Of a stretch of 64,000 bases of DNA, positions 40,607 through 53,344 are shown one piece after another (positions within the stretch are counted from its first letter, which is position 1; each line of letters starts with the position of its first letter). The notes beneath the pieces are model-generated. The model did not search any database and had not been told where the DNA came from. It worked only from the letters and a program-made list of their open reading frames with translations. The position numbers and the translations under genes are program-made. Origin of the DNA: Eledone cirrhosa (taxonomy: Eukaryota); assembly GCA_964016885.1 (NCBI GenBank), contig OZ024742.1, positions 190,154,001-190,218,000 of the forward strand, given 5' to 3'.

Positions 40607-41102
40607 CATGCATATATATATATACATACATTTTATATTATATTCATTTCATCTTTCGGATGAAATGTACCGATATACTGCCATTGTAAACGTTACGTTA
40701 CGCATGCGTGTGTAAAAGAAATATGTTCAACCTTTTTTTTTCAATATTTTTTATTGTTTGATTTTCTTTAATCTGATTATTTTTTATATGTTTGTCGAAA
40801 TTATTTTCTTCTCTTATAGTTTTTGAGAATCTTTGTCTACCCATTGTGTTTGTCTATTGCTTATTCATCTCGATTTCTTTAATGTTACGGGGAAATCATT
40901 CCGCCACTTTCTAGAATATTCCTCATTTTTCTTCATTCAATTCCGGTCATAAATTTAGTTTAATCGGGAATGAAAAAAAAAAAAAAAATTATTAATTGAA
41001 TTTCTTATCCGAACTTATATTATCTATCTATTATATATTATCTCTCTCACTCTCTCTTGTTTTCTATCCCTCTCCCTCTCATTTCTCTCACTCACAAAGT
41101 CC

Positions 41103-41152
<50 letters not shown>

Positions 41153-41274
41153 TGTGAGTGTGTGTGTGTGTGTGGGTGCGTGTTTGTGCGGACACATGCA
41201 TTTTATTTCTTTTTGTTAGGGACATCGGGCAATAAATATATATGCACACAAACACATACACGCATACATACTCA

Positions 41275-41326
<52 letters not shown>

Positions 41327-41717
41327 AGATATATGTGTTTATATATATGTATATAGACGCATGCAATTAGCCTTTCATTTCCCCTTCACTAAATATATTC
41401 AACCCCAGTTCTCTCATTTAATCTCTTTCCCCTCACTCCCTCTACTGCTAATTTTTAAAAATTACTTTACACAATATTATATATACCCATGAAGTAAATA
41501 AAAAGAACGTACACTTACGTAAACGCAGTCACACACACATGCAGACATTTATATACATTCAATGACACATGCAGACACATATACACAAAACTAATAGGTA
41601 GACACGCATATATACGCATAAACACATATACACTCAGAAATACACACATTGATACACACGCAAGAATACAGAGGACATATATATTAGTTTATATATACAT
41701 ATGAATATAAGTATATA

Positions 41718-41815
<98 letters not shown>

Positions 41816-42162
41816 TGTATGTATATTAACATATACACGCATATACATTAATATACACACCTGCATAAACACATACATGAACACATCCACAGAAAGGTTA
41901 TTTTGAGATTAATTCAGAAAATATTCGATTTATAACAAATATATAAAAGAAAAAAAAACATACACATTAACACATACATTTACACAGACATTTTCACATG
42001 CGTTCATATAAGCATAGGCGGTGACATTGTTGTGCGGTTAAGGGATTAATTTGGTAACCATGTGGTTCTGAGTTCAGTTAGTTATATGGCATCTTGGGGG
42101 CAATTGTTTTCTACTGACGCCTTATGAGTAGAATTTGCTTGATGGAAGCGGCCAAAACTCGT

Positions 42163-42265
<103 letters not shown>

Positions 42266-42709
42266 ACATATAAATATATATCTCTCTCTCACACTCTCAC
42301 TCTCTCTCGCGCTCTCTCTCTTTTTCTATCTCACTCCCTCTCTCTAGCATATATCTATCTATTATCTATCTATCTATATATATTTGGTTAATTAATCATG
42401 TTGAATTGCTAGTGTTGGTATGAACAATTATGGCGGTATGAACAATTATGCAGGTAAAACTATAGTTTTGCCCTAATTATATAATTTTGCTTGCTATGTT
42501 CTTAATCTTAATTGTAATATACTTAATATTGTACCTAAATAATATTTTGAATAATAATGCTCTTCAAAATACGGATATTAGTCTGTATAAAGTAAATTTG
42601 AGCTGTTTGAAGGTATATTAAGATTAAAATAATTTGTTTGCAAGTAAAACTCCAGAGTAACAAGACTCATTATTTAGCCTTAATAAAATGAATATATATA
42701 TAAATATAA

Positions 42710-42762
<53 letters not shown>

Positions 42763-42803
42763 TAATGAAAATAAACTAAAGAAGCCTTCAATACATCAAA
42801 AGT

Positions 42804-42858
42804 CTTTATTAGCCAACAATGTTTCGTCCTATTAAGGACTCATCAGGTCAAGTAAAGC
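42804..42858 (-). ncRNA. Type I hammerhead ribozyme (intact core)
   Basis: CUUUACUUGAC-CUGAUGA-GUCC-UUAAUA-GGAC-GAAA-C-AUU-GUU-GGCUAAUAAAG. Confidence 0.8.
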
Positions 42859-44555
42859 TATAAGAAGCACTATCGGCCAATACAAGCCAAAAACTCAGAA
42901 GAATATGGAGTATACATACATTAAAGCATAGGAAAATTATCAAGTAAAAATTGCTAAGGAAGTGAATAACATTTTGAACCCATATTACAAATATAGTACA
43001 ATGCAAAAACTAAAACTAAACACAAGTGGTGATATAGAGCGAGAATTACAGTACGATATATAATATAATATAATATAATATAATATAATATAATTAATAA
43101 TGATAATAATAATAATAATATTATTAAAAGGCCCAATATACATATATATATACATCCCCCCCCCCCGACACACTTGTCATTCGCCCCTTCAATTATACTA
43201 TAATTATATTCAATTCCCTTTTATGCTCCTTTCTATTGTATTATACAGTATATTGATTATGATTTTATGCTCCTTCGTATCCTCCATACCTTTCTTTTTT
43301 CTGTTCCCATTGGCCTACCATATTTCTATTTAAGGTCCTTTTATTAGATAACGTTATTCAACTGAAAGTAGAATATTTCATTCTATTCTGGATATTTTTA
43401 TTGAGATATCTTAAACTTTAGAGATTTTGATAACTTAAACCATAGCTAATTTTGTATTGACTTATTATGTATTTTAAATACTTTCAATATTAATTAATTT
43501 AATAAGGTTTTCTAGTCATTTATCCGGGTTTGATTCCTAATTTTTTTACTTAACTGCTTGTGACACCTAAGTAAATATATTTGTTTTTGTTTTTCGATTT
43601 CCGGTTGATTTTATTTATATTTTTTTACTACCGTGCGTAGTTTCTGTCTGGTTCTTATTCATTTATTCACATATGTCTGTCTACCAACCATGTAATTATG
43701 TATACTATACTATGTTTGTTATTTGATATTGAAGTTGTTATATCATATCTCTTTATGTAATCGTACTATAGATCTTAAATATTTACCGATTATTCGATGT
43801 ACACTTATGTTAAATTTTGTAAATTCTGTAATATGTTTATATTTTTATAATTTTTATAATGTTTAGATAATATTTATTTATACCAATTTTATAAAAACTC
43901 GACCTCCGTCTGTTTTGTAACAACGGTATAGATATTTTTTCCAGCACAATTTTTTCAACACAATTCAATTCTGTATGATATTTTTTTCTCACCCTGTGTG
44001 TAACTTTATATGATTTGTTAAGTTATATGCCAATATATTATAATATTGTTATTATAGTGTTATTGTAATATTTATATTATTTGTGCAAATTGACCGGAAA
44101 TTATAAATTATATAGTATATTATATATTATATTTTTATTTTTATTCATTTCTTTATCATTTTATACTGTAAATAATATAAGTATTATATTTATATTTAAA
44201 CTCTTAATAAGTGTTAGTTTGTGTTTGTATTGATGGATATGTGTATTGATATATATATATACATATGTATATATATATATATGTATATTGGGCCTTTTAA
44301 TAATATTATTATTATTATCATTATTAATTATATTATATTATATTATATTATATTATATATCGTACTGTAATTCTCGCTTTATATCACCACTTGTGTTTAG
44401 TTTTAGTTTTTGCATTGTACTATATTTGTAATATGGGTTCAAAATGTTATTCACTTCCTTAGCAATTTTTACTTGATAATTTTCCTATGCTTTAATGTAT
44501 GTATACTCCATATTCTTCTGAGTTTTTGGCTTGTATTGGCCGATAGTGCTTCTTA

Positions 44556-44614
44556 TAGCTTTACTTGCCCCGATGAGTCCTTAATAGGACGAAACATTGT
44601 TGGCTAATAAAGAC
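44556..44614 (+). ncRNA. Type I hammerhead ribozyme, inverted copy with core variant CCGAUGA
   Basis: TTACTTGCC-CCGATGA-GTCC-TTAATA-GGAC-GAAAC-ATT-GTT-GGCTAATAAAG. Confidence 0.65.
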
Positions 44615-44769
44615 TTTTGATGTATTGAAGGCTTCTTTGGTTTATATTCATAATTCTTTGGCTCTGTTTAATTACATTGAGCTATATCTTTACTGTCATT
44701 TCTATAATATGAAGAGGGTGTTTAACTCCAACACACTCTAGTATTTTAATTCTTATATATATATATATA

Positions 44770-45051
44770 TATATCAATGATATTAATAAATCGAAACTAT
44801 ATTTATAAAACCATATTTATTCTATTATAAATATTTCAAGGTTACCAAAACTTTGGTACGCCCTCATCAGATAAAATACAAAGTTTGTTTTATAAATATT
44901 GACATATCCAGGAACGAGACCTTAACAGTTCAAGATTAACCTGTACTTTATCTGATGTGAGTGTACCAAAGTTTTGGTACCCTTGAAATATATATAATAG
45001 AATAAATATGGTTTTATAAATATAGTTTCCATTTATTAATATCATTGATAT
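44770..45051. repeat. ~110-bp inverted repeat, each arm with a hammerhead motif (44818-44878 minus; 44944-45004 plus)
   Basis: Minus copy: UAUUUUAU-CUGAUGA-[GGGCGUACCAAAG-UUUUGGUAACCUU]-GAAA-U-AUUU-AUA-AUAGAAUA, with an 8-bp helix I. Confidence 0.75.
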
Positions 45052-45135
45052 ACCCCCAAAAAACTGTCGAGTGCTTTGAATCAGTTATAAATATATATAT
45101 TTGTTGAATTACCAACAAATTAAATATCCATTGGC

Positions 45136-45183
<48 letters not shown>

Positions 45184-45193
45184 TAATAATAAT

Positions 45194-45245
<52 letters not shown>

Positions 45246-45253
45246 TAATAATA

Positions 45254-45284
<31 letters not shown>

Positions 45285-45305
45285 TATAATACATACATAC
45301 ATACA

Positions 45306-45919
45306 TGCACAATACATACATTGGATAATGTGTAAGCATTTTGACCTGCCCCATCAAAAGAATTGGTGGGAGCATCAACCACCTCCCATATTTGAAAAAG
45401 GTCACATCTCAATCCTGTGGAACTTTAGCATCGAAACAGACCGAAAAATAGATGCAAATAGACCTGATATAATATTGAAGGACTTTAAAAAGAGGGTATG
45501 CCTGCTAATTGATATGTCCGTTCCAATAGACAAGAATGTATCTATAAAAACATTTGAAAAATTGAGCAAGTATAAGGACTTGGAGATAGAAATTGGAAAA
45601 ATGTGGAAATTGAGAACTAAAACAATACCAGTGGTTGTAGGCGCTCTAGGAATGATACCTAAGGGGTCTAATGATTACTTATCGCAAATCCCAGGAAACC
45701 CGCGTATAGGAGAAATACAAAAGATAGTACTAATGGGAACTGCCCATATACTAAGGAAGATTCTGTCAATATAAGTACATCACAAGTATAAACACTAAAG
45801 ATGCATGTGTGAGTATGTATGTTCTTTCTTGAACATGGCGGACCTTGTTGTCTCTTGAGGTCACTGGTTGTGACTTGGTGATAACTCGTATGAACATAAA
45901 GCAAGATAAATGCAACTAT
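45306..45919 (+). mobile_element. R4/Dong-like family B, 5'-truncated copy (RLE domain + 3' UTR)
   Basis: ORF 45328-45774 with RPDIILKD...LIDMSVP...EKLSKYKDL; matches ~56710-57312; flanked by (TAA)n. Confidence 0.92.
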
Positions 45920-45954
45920 AATAATAATAATAATAATAATAGGAAAGAATAATA

Positions 45955-46625
45955 ATAATATAGGGAAGAAGACGCACGAGGTGGTAAAAGGTCATGAAAT
46001 CGCTCCCGTAAGTTTTGAATTTTTATCATATTTAAATCATTTGTGAAATAACAACTCTTAGTAAAAATGCTACATACAGCATCCGGCTTGAGCCCCCCAA
46101 AAATTCGGACCCAAAATATATTGTTATAAGGCTCAAATATTCAAATATTCAACTTTGTATTGTACGTTGTATATTCAAAAAAGAAAATGGCTATAAATGG
46201 AAGAAGAACCCCCCCCCTCCTCTGTCTACACTATATAGAACAGCCAAACAACACCAATCTCACCAACACCAGAAACTAGATACACCACCTACCCCATCAC
46301 CTCTCTGTGTACACTAAACACAACAGCCAGATAACGGCAATTTCACCACCACCACAACCAATCTCAACATAATAAGGATAATAATAAATACTATTATTAT
46401 TTTCCCAAGTCTTAACAAAATGTTTAATCCCAACATTAAGGGAATTTAGGTCAACACATATACGCGACTAACCCCATAGATTCACCGAACGGACATCAGT
46501 CCTTCATTGCTACCACCGCTACAACACCATCACTACAGTAATACGATCACATCACCACCACCACTGCCTCGGTATCGACATCACCACCACCACTGTCTCA
46601 GTATTGCTACCGCCGCTATTCTCTC
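45955..46625. repeat. Unclassified repeat, homologous to 52395-52990
   Basis: Shared AGGGAAGAAGACGCACGAGGTGGTA, CTCTGTCTACACTATATAGAACAGCC and AACAGCCAGATAACGGCAATTTCACC in the same order. Confidence 0.8.
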
Positions 46626-46979
46626 CCATTGCTTCCTGCTAGTTGCTGCCACCACATTATAGAATTCCTACTAAAAAAGAGGAAGGCATCAAAATATATA
46701 GATAGACTCAAAAGAAAAAAGAAAAAACAAACATCAAAACCAAAGCAGCACAGCAACAACAGCAAAAACCGAGAAAAACAAACAGAGAAAAACAAAAACA
46801 AAAAAAAAACAAAAAAAAAAAAAAAACGTAAAGAAAATAAGAATGAAGAGAGAAACAAGCGGACGGACAGAGAAGAGAAGGGAAAAACTAAGTCAGACAT
46901 TCGAACACTACATTACAATGAAACTTATGCTTATCCATTTTTGGGTTTTTTCTGCCTGTGTGTTTGTTTATTTGTGTTC

Positions 46980-49900
46980 GTCTACAGCGTGGTGATAATG
47001 CCACACAAGAGCCAAGTGGAGCGGCGCAACCACCGGAGACGGTGAATCCACAGATGGCTATGTAACCATACATTCGCCAATCCTCGATAAGAGTGTTTAA
47101 ATATCGAACCTAACCAGTTCGAATAACGGTGAAATGGAGACTAGAACGTCATGTGACAGACTCTCACCCAACAGGTGCTCCCTGACTCAGCAGCAGGAAC
47201 CTGACTGTCAACCAAATACTTCTGGTGTTGGAGGAAGAAGAGGAAGAAGAAGGAAAGGGGCCAGAACCAACTGTACGAAAGAATTGAATAGAACTGTTAT
47301 GCAATGTTACCTGAAAAGTAACCCCAAGGAGAGGGGCTATAGGAGACGGATGCATAACATCTGGAACGAGATTGGTCTATTTAAATTAGACGAACAAAAA
47401 TTGGCCGGGCAGGCTCGGGTAATAAGAACTAATGGGTGGATAAGCGAGCTGGAACTGAAGGAACTGAGCAGAGAGAATAGCTTGGAGATGGAGGTTGTAG
47501 TATGCCAGACAAACGAGCCAGTGGGAAATGAAGGTGAAGAGGTCGAGAGAACGGAGGAACCACCCGAAGCAGACGATGATCTGAATACTGAGATAAATAA
47601 TACCTGGAACAGAGATACGGCCACTGAGGAGATGAATGCTGTCGGGCTAGGACAACATTCGGTTGACATCCTAAATTTAGTGGTAGATGAATTGAACAAT
47701 GATAGTGGGAGACCTATGAACCTAAGATTTGTAGACAGGAAAAAGTTAAAAGAAACAACAGCTAAGGTAAACAAAGTCATCCCATACCTTGAGGCGAGGA
47801 GCCTTCACCAGTGCAACAATATCCTTAAAGCAACAGCAAATACGGTGAGGAAACTACTTGGTATAAAAGCGAGAGGAAACAACAGACAAGGAAGAGCAGA
47901 GCCTTGGTGGAAGAAACGACTGAGTGGTCAAATCAAGGAAATGAGAAATGACATTGGAAAGCTTGAGTCACTACTGAATGGGACACTAAAAAACATAGGC
48001 ACTAAAAATAGACTGGAAATAAAGTACAAAACTAGGAGGAAAAAGCTAAATATTATCATAGAGGAACTGAAGCAACGCATTGTAGCAAAGAGTGCAAAAA
48101 TCAGGCGATACGAGATCAGAGTCAGTCAGTATAAACAGAACCGCATGTTCGACAACAACCAGAAGATGCTGTTTGGACAGCTTGAGGGGAAAGAAAGAGG
48201 CAACGACTTGATCCCTGAGGCGGAACAAACTAAAACATTCTGGAGAGGAATATGGGAGCAGGATGTTAGACATAATGACCAGGCAGGGTGGATTGAGACA
48301 GTACAGAGGGAGATCGGTGAACAGGCACACCAACAAACTGATTTGAGTATCACAGTTGAAACTCTTAAGGGGCAGGCCAAAAAACTAACCAAGTGGAAAT
48401 CACCAGGCCCAGATGGTGTGCAGGGGTATTGGATTAAAAATGTAACATCCCTCCACCCGAAACTGACGGCCATGTTCAATGACTGCTTGGTGTCGGGTGA
48501 GGTGCCAGAGTGGTTGACAAAAGGTACCACAGTTCTGATAATGAAAGACCGAATCAAGGGTAATGATGTTACCAACTATAGACCTATCACATGTCTGTCC
48601 GTAATGTGGAAACTGTTGACGAGCATTGTGTGAGAGGAAATCTACCATCACCTCCACACAAACAACTTGTTACCGGACGAACAGAAAGGATGCCGAAAGA
48701 AGTCACGTGGTACAAAGGACCAGTTACTTATTGATAAGATGGTAATGGGGAATTGCAGGAGGAGACACACTGATCTTGCCATGGGATGGATAGACTACAG
48801 AAAGGCATTTGACATGGTGCCTCATTCTTGGATCACCAAAAGCCTGGAGATCTTCAAGGTGGCAGATAAAATCAGACGGTTGCTGGGCAGGAGTATGGGG
48901 TCCTAGGAGACAGAGTTGACATCAACTGGAGAATCCTTGGGAAGCGTGAAGATCAAGAGAGGTATCTTCCAGGGAGATAGCCTGTCCCCTCTGTTGTTTG
49001 TCCTTGCCCTGATGCCCTTGACCATTATGCTGCGAAAAGTGAGAGCAGGATACAAGTTGGGAAAGGGAGAGCTTACCATCAATCACCTCCTCTTCATGGA
49101 CGATCTTAAGCTCTTCGGGAAGAGTGAGAAGGAGTTGGATGTGCTTGTTGACACTGTCCGTATTTTCAGCAGTGATATATGTATGCAGTTTGGTATTAGT
49201 AAGTGTGGAGTCATTGTGATGAGGAGGGGTAGGTTGAGCAGAAGTAACGGAATCCAGATACCAACAGGTGAGATGATAAAGGAAATTGACTCTGAGGAAG
49301 GATACAAGTATTTGGGCGTTCTGAAGGCTGATGGCATAAAGAACAAAAAAATGAAGGAATTGTTAAGAACTGAATACATTCGGAGAGTAAGGAGCGTATT
49401 GAAGTCACATCTGAACAGCAGAAATGCCATAAGCGCAGTAAATTCCCGAGCTGTGTCCATTATTAGGTACAGTGCGGGAATTCTGAGATGGAATGTTGAT
49501 GAACAAAAAGAAATGGATAGGAAGACTAGGAAGCTATTGACTATCTACAACATGTTCCACAAGAGGAGTGATGTCGATAGACTCTACCTAAGGAGATCTG
49601 AGGGTGGAAGAGGTCTCATCAGCATAGAGGACTGTGTTCAGATGGAGAAAAACAACCTATACAAATACGTGACTGATAGTAAGGAGCCAATGCTCAAAAC
49701 TGTACTGAAGGAGGGGACGATAGGCCAGAGGATGTCCAAGGAGGAAATAACATCAAGGAGAAAGAGCAGCCTTCAGGGAAAATCCCTTCATAGTACCTTC
49801 TTTGAGAAAACTGAATTTAGAGATCCACAGACATGGAACTGGTTGAGAAGAGGAGACCTCAAAAAGGCTACAGAAGGAATGTTAATGGCTGCGCAGGAGC

Positions 49901-50605
49901 AGGCCCTCAAAACGAAGTGGTTGAAACACCATATTTACAAGGAGGAGGCTAGCCCACTGTGCAGGATCTGTGGAGAGAGAGAGGAGACTGTGGCTCACAT
50001 TGTATCCGAGTGTAAACACCTAGCCCAGACCCACTATAAGGGCTGGAGACACGATGTGATGGGCAGGGTGATCCACTGGCACCTGTGCAAAGTAAACAAT
50101 TTACCACATTCTGAGAAATGGTATGAGTATAGGCCAGAGGCGGTGATAGAAAACGATCAGGTGAAGGTGCTGTGGGATTTTAGGATACAGACGGACAAGA
50201 AACTGGAACACAATAGACCTCACCTGGTGGTTGTGGACAAAGAAAGAAGATCGTGTCTGATTGTGGATGTGGCCTGCCCATTCGACACGAGAGTGCAAGA
50301 GAAGGAGAGGGAGAAAATTAACCGATACCAGGACTTAAAGTGGGAGGTGAAAAGGATTTGGAACTGCCATGAAGTCAAAGTGATCCCGATTGTCATAGGC
50401 GCACTGGGGACTATCTCCAAAAGTTTCCAGGGATGGTTAAAGAAAATCGGCCCCTTCACGCTTTTTGGAACGCTTCAAAAGGCATGGTTGCTGGGAACAG
50501 CAAGAACCCTCCGATACGTCCTGAATATCTGAGGCTGCAGGTAGTGGCTTGATATTCATTCTAACGGACTTTCCAGTTAACCAACATCAATGACTGAGAT
50601 TCAAG

Positions 50606-50606
<1 letters not shown>
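46980..50606 (+). mobile_element. Near full-length R4/Dong-like RLE non-LTR retrotransposon, family A (5' end approximate)
   Basis: Single long ORF, ~75-nt 3' UTR and (TAA)n tail. Confidence 0.93.
47134..50532 (+). pseudogene. Family A polyprotein (RT + CCHC + restriction-like endonuclease), 1132 codons with two in-frame stops
   Basis: ORFs 47134, 48667 and 48916 share one frame. Motifs: [84 protein letters not shown](H)LVV...IVDVACP...EKINRYQDL. Confidence 0.93.

Positions 50607-50702
<96 letters not shown>
50607..50702. repeat. (TAA)n tract: tail of A1 and junction with B2
   Basis: Read directly. Confidence 0.98.
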
Positions 50703-50703
<1 letters not shown>

Positions 50704-51706
50704 GACTACAAATTTCAGAAGTCCCATTTACTGCTGAAATGGAAAACACAGAAAAAGCAAAGCAGGTAAAAGTAACTGCAAAGAAAGAACTACTACAGAA
50801 CTGGCTAAGAAATGGCAAGAAAAGCCTCTGTATAGAAAATACCCAGAGCGAGCTAACAATCCTGATGTTGACAAAACTTCAACCCATCACTGGTTGGCAT
50901 CCTCTGGACTGAAATCGGAGACTGAAGGACTGATTATATCAGCACAAGATCAGTGTCTGCCAACAAAAAATTACCAAGCCAACATAATAAAAAATGGATG
51001 CAGCCCATTATGCCGTGTATGCAAAAAACAACCAGAGACCATTGACCATATAATTTCAATGCGCAGTCCTATAGCTCCAACCGAATACATAAACAGGCAT
51101 GACAGAGCTGCACAATACATACATTGGATAATGTGTAAGCATTTTGACCTGCCCCATCAAAAGAATTGGTGGGAGCATCAACCACCTCCCATACTTGAAA
51201 AAGATCACATCTCAATCTTGTGGAACTTTAGCATCCAAACAGACCGAAAAATAGATGCAAATAGACCTGATATAATATTGAAGGACTTTCAAAGGAGGGT
51301 ATGCCTGCTAATTGATAGACAAGAATGTATCTATAAAAACATTTGAAAAATTGAGCAAGTATAAGGACCTGGAGATAGAAATTGGAAAAATGTGGAAATT
51401 GAGAACTAAAACAATACCAGTGATTGTAGGCGCTCTGGGAATAATACCTAAGGGATCTAATGATTACTTATCGCAAATCCCAGGAAACCCGCGTATAGGA
51501 GAAATACAAAAGATAGTACTAATGGGAACTGCCCATATACTAAGGAAGATTCTGTCAATATAAGTACATCACAAGTCTCAACACTAAAGATGCATGTGTG
51601 AGTATGTATGTTCTTTCTTGAACATGGCGGACCTTGTTGTCTCTTGAGGTCACTGGTTGTGACTTGGTGATAACTCGTATGAACATAAAGCAAGATAAAT
51701 GCAACT

Positions 51707-51707
<1 letters not shown>
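50702..51707 (+). mobile_element. Family B, 5'-truncated copy (CCHC + RLE + 3' UTR)
   Basis: Matches 56300-57312; ORFs 50894 and 51312; followed by (TAA)n at 51708-51760. Confidence 0.92.
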
Positions 51708-51760
<53 letters not shown>

Positions 51761-51762
<2 letters not shown>

Positions 51763-52177
51763 GGACAAAAAACTGGAACACAATAGACCTGACCTGGTGG
51801 TTGTGGACAAAGAAAAAAGATCGTGTCTGATTGTGGATGTGGCCTGCCCTTTCGACACGAGAGTGCAAGAGAAGGAGAGGGAGAAAATTAACCGATACCA
51901 GGACTTAAAGTGGGAGGTGAAAAGGATTTGGAACTGCCATGAAGTCAAAGTGATCCCGATTGTCATAGGCGCACTGGGGACTATCTCCAAACGTTTCCAG
52001 GGATGGTTAAAGAAAATCGGCCCCTTCACGCTTTTTGGAACGCTTCAAAAGGCATGCTTGCTGGGAACAGCAAGAACCCTCTGATACGTCCTGAATATCT
52101 GAGGCTGCAGGTAGTGGCTTGATATTCATTCCAACGGACTTTCCAGTAAACCAACATCAATGACTGAGATTCAAGGA
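51761..52177 (+). mobile_element. Family A, short 5'-truncated copy (RLE C-terminus + 3' UTR)
   Basis: Matches 50191-50606; RPDLVV...VDVACP; TAA-type tail. Confidence 0.92.
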
Positions 52178-52362
52178 ATAACAATAATAATAATAACAAT
52201 CATCATTTCCTCATCTCTCATCATTCTATATTTATATTCTATTCTTCATCTTTTATTTTACTTCTTATTCTTTCACCAATTTCTTAATCTTTTTCAACAA
52301 CAGAGTGCTTTGGAATTAATTTCTACCAAAATTATAACAACAACAACAACAACAGCAATATT

Positions 52363-52394
<32 letters not shown>

Positions 52395-52990
52395 GAAGAA
52401 TAAGGGAAGAAGACGCACGAGGTGGTAGAACGTCACGAAATTGCTCCCGTAAGTTTTTGATTTTTAACATATTTAAATCAATTGTGAAAGAACAATTCTT
52501 AGCACAAATGTTGCATAAATGCACCGAATGAGGTCCCATAAAGTTTCGGATCCATATTATATTGTTGTATCGCTCAAATATTCAATTTTGTATTATATAT
52601 TTTGTATTCAAAAAAAGAAAATGGTTATAAATGGAACAAAACACCCTCTGTCTACACTATATAGAACAGCCAAATAGCAGCAATTTCAATTTCACCAACA
52701 CCAGAAACTTGATACACTACCTATCCCATCACACTAAATATAACAGCCAGATAACGGCAATTTCACCAGCATCATAATAATAATTACTATTATTATTGTC
52801 TCAAATTTTAAAAAATGTTTAATTCAAATTTTACGGGAATATGTCAACACAAAATATAATAAAAATATATATTAAACATACGAACACAAACTCATAGATA
52901 CTATATCAGTAACGACAACACCACCGCTGCCACCACCCCACCGCATCCATCATCGCCGCCACCACTCATTCAATGCTACCGACACTATTC
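52395..52990. repeat. Unclassified repeat, homologous to 45955-46625
   Basis: Same ordered motifs as the first copy; follows a (TAA)n tract. Confidence 0.8.
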
Positions 52991-53344
52991 CCCTGTTAAC
53001 TTGAGAGAGAAAAGGGAAGGTAGCGGTATCACTAGACAAGAGAGAGGCTAGCAAAAGATATAAATAGATTGACTTGGTGACCTTGCCACCGGCCAAACGT
53101 CTACATCAACAATTATGGGACTGCTGGCTCACCCCTTCCTCACCAACAATATAAAAAGCCCCGGCACCACCACCGACATAGCCAACAACAATAACAGCCA
53201 ACTACAACAAAAAGTATATTATATTATTGTAATGCACTGGGTGATTGCTGGCCTTGTGCCTGGAGTGGAGACAATTATTAATAATTTCATTCTTAAGCCA
53301 CGCAATGCTCACATTAAGGAACCACTCATGATAATAACAATTTA

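Larger units (their letters stand above)
42770..44646 (-). mobile_element. Penelope-like element remnant with ~380-bp inverted pseudo-LTRs
   Basis: 42770-43155 and ~44264-44646 are reverse complements, each carries a hammerhead, and the element sits in (TA)n. A weak YIG-like remnant occurs near 44030 (minus). Confidence 0.75.
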
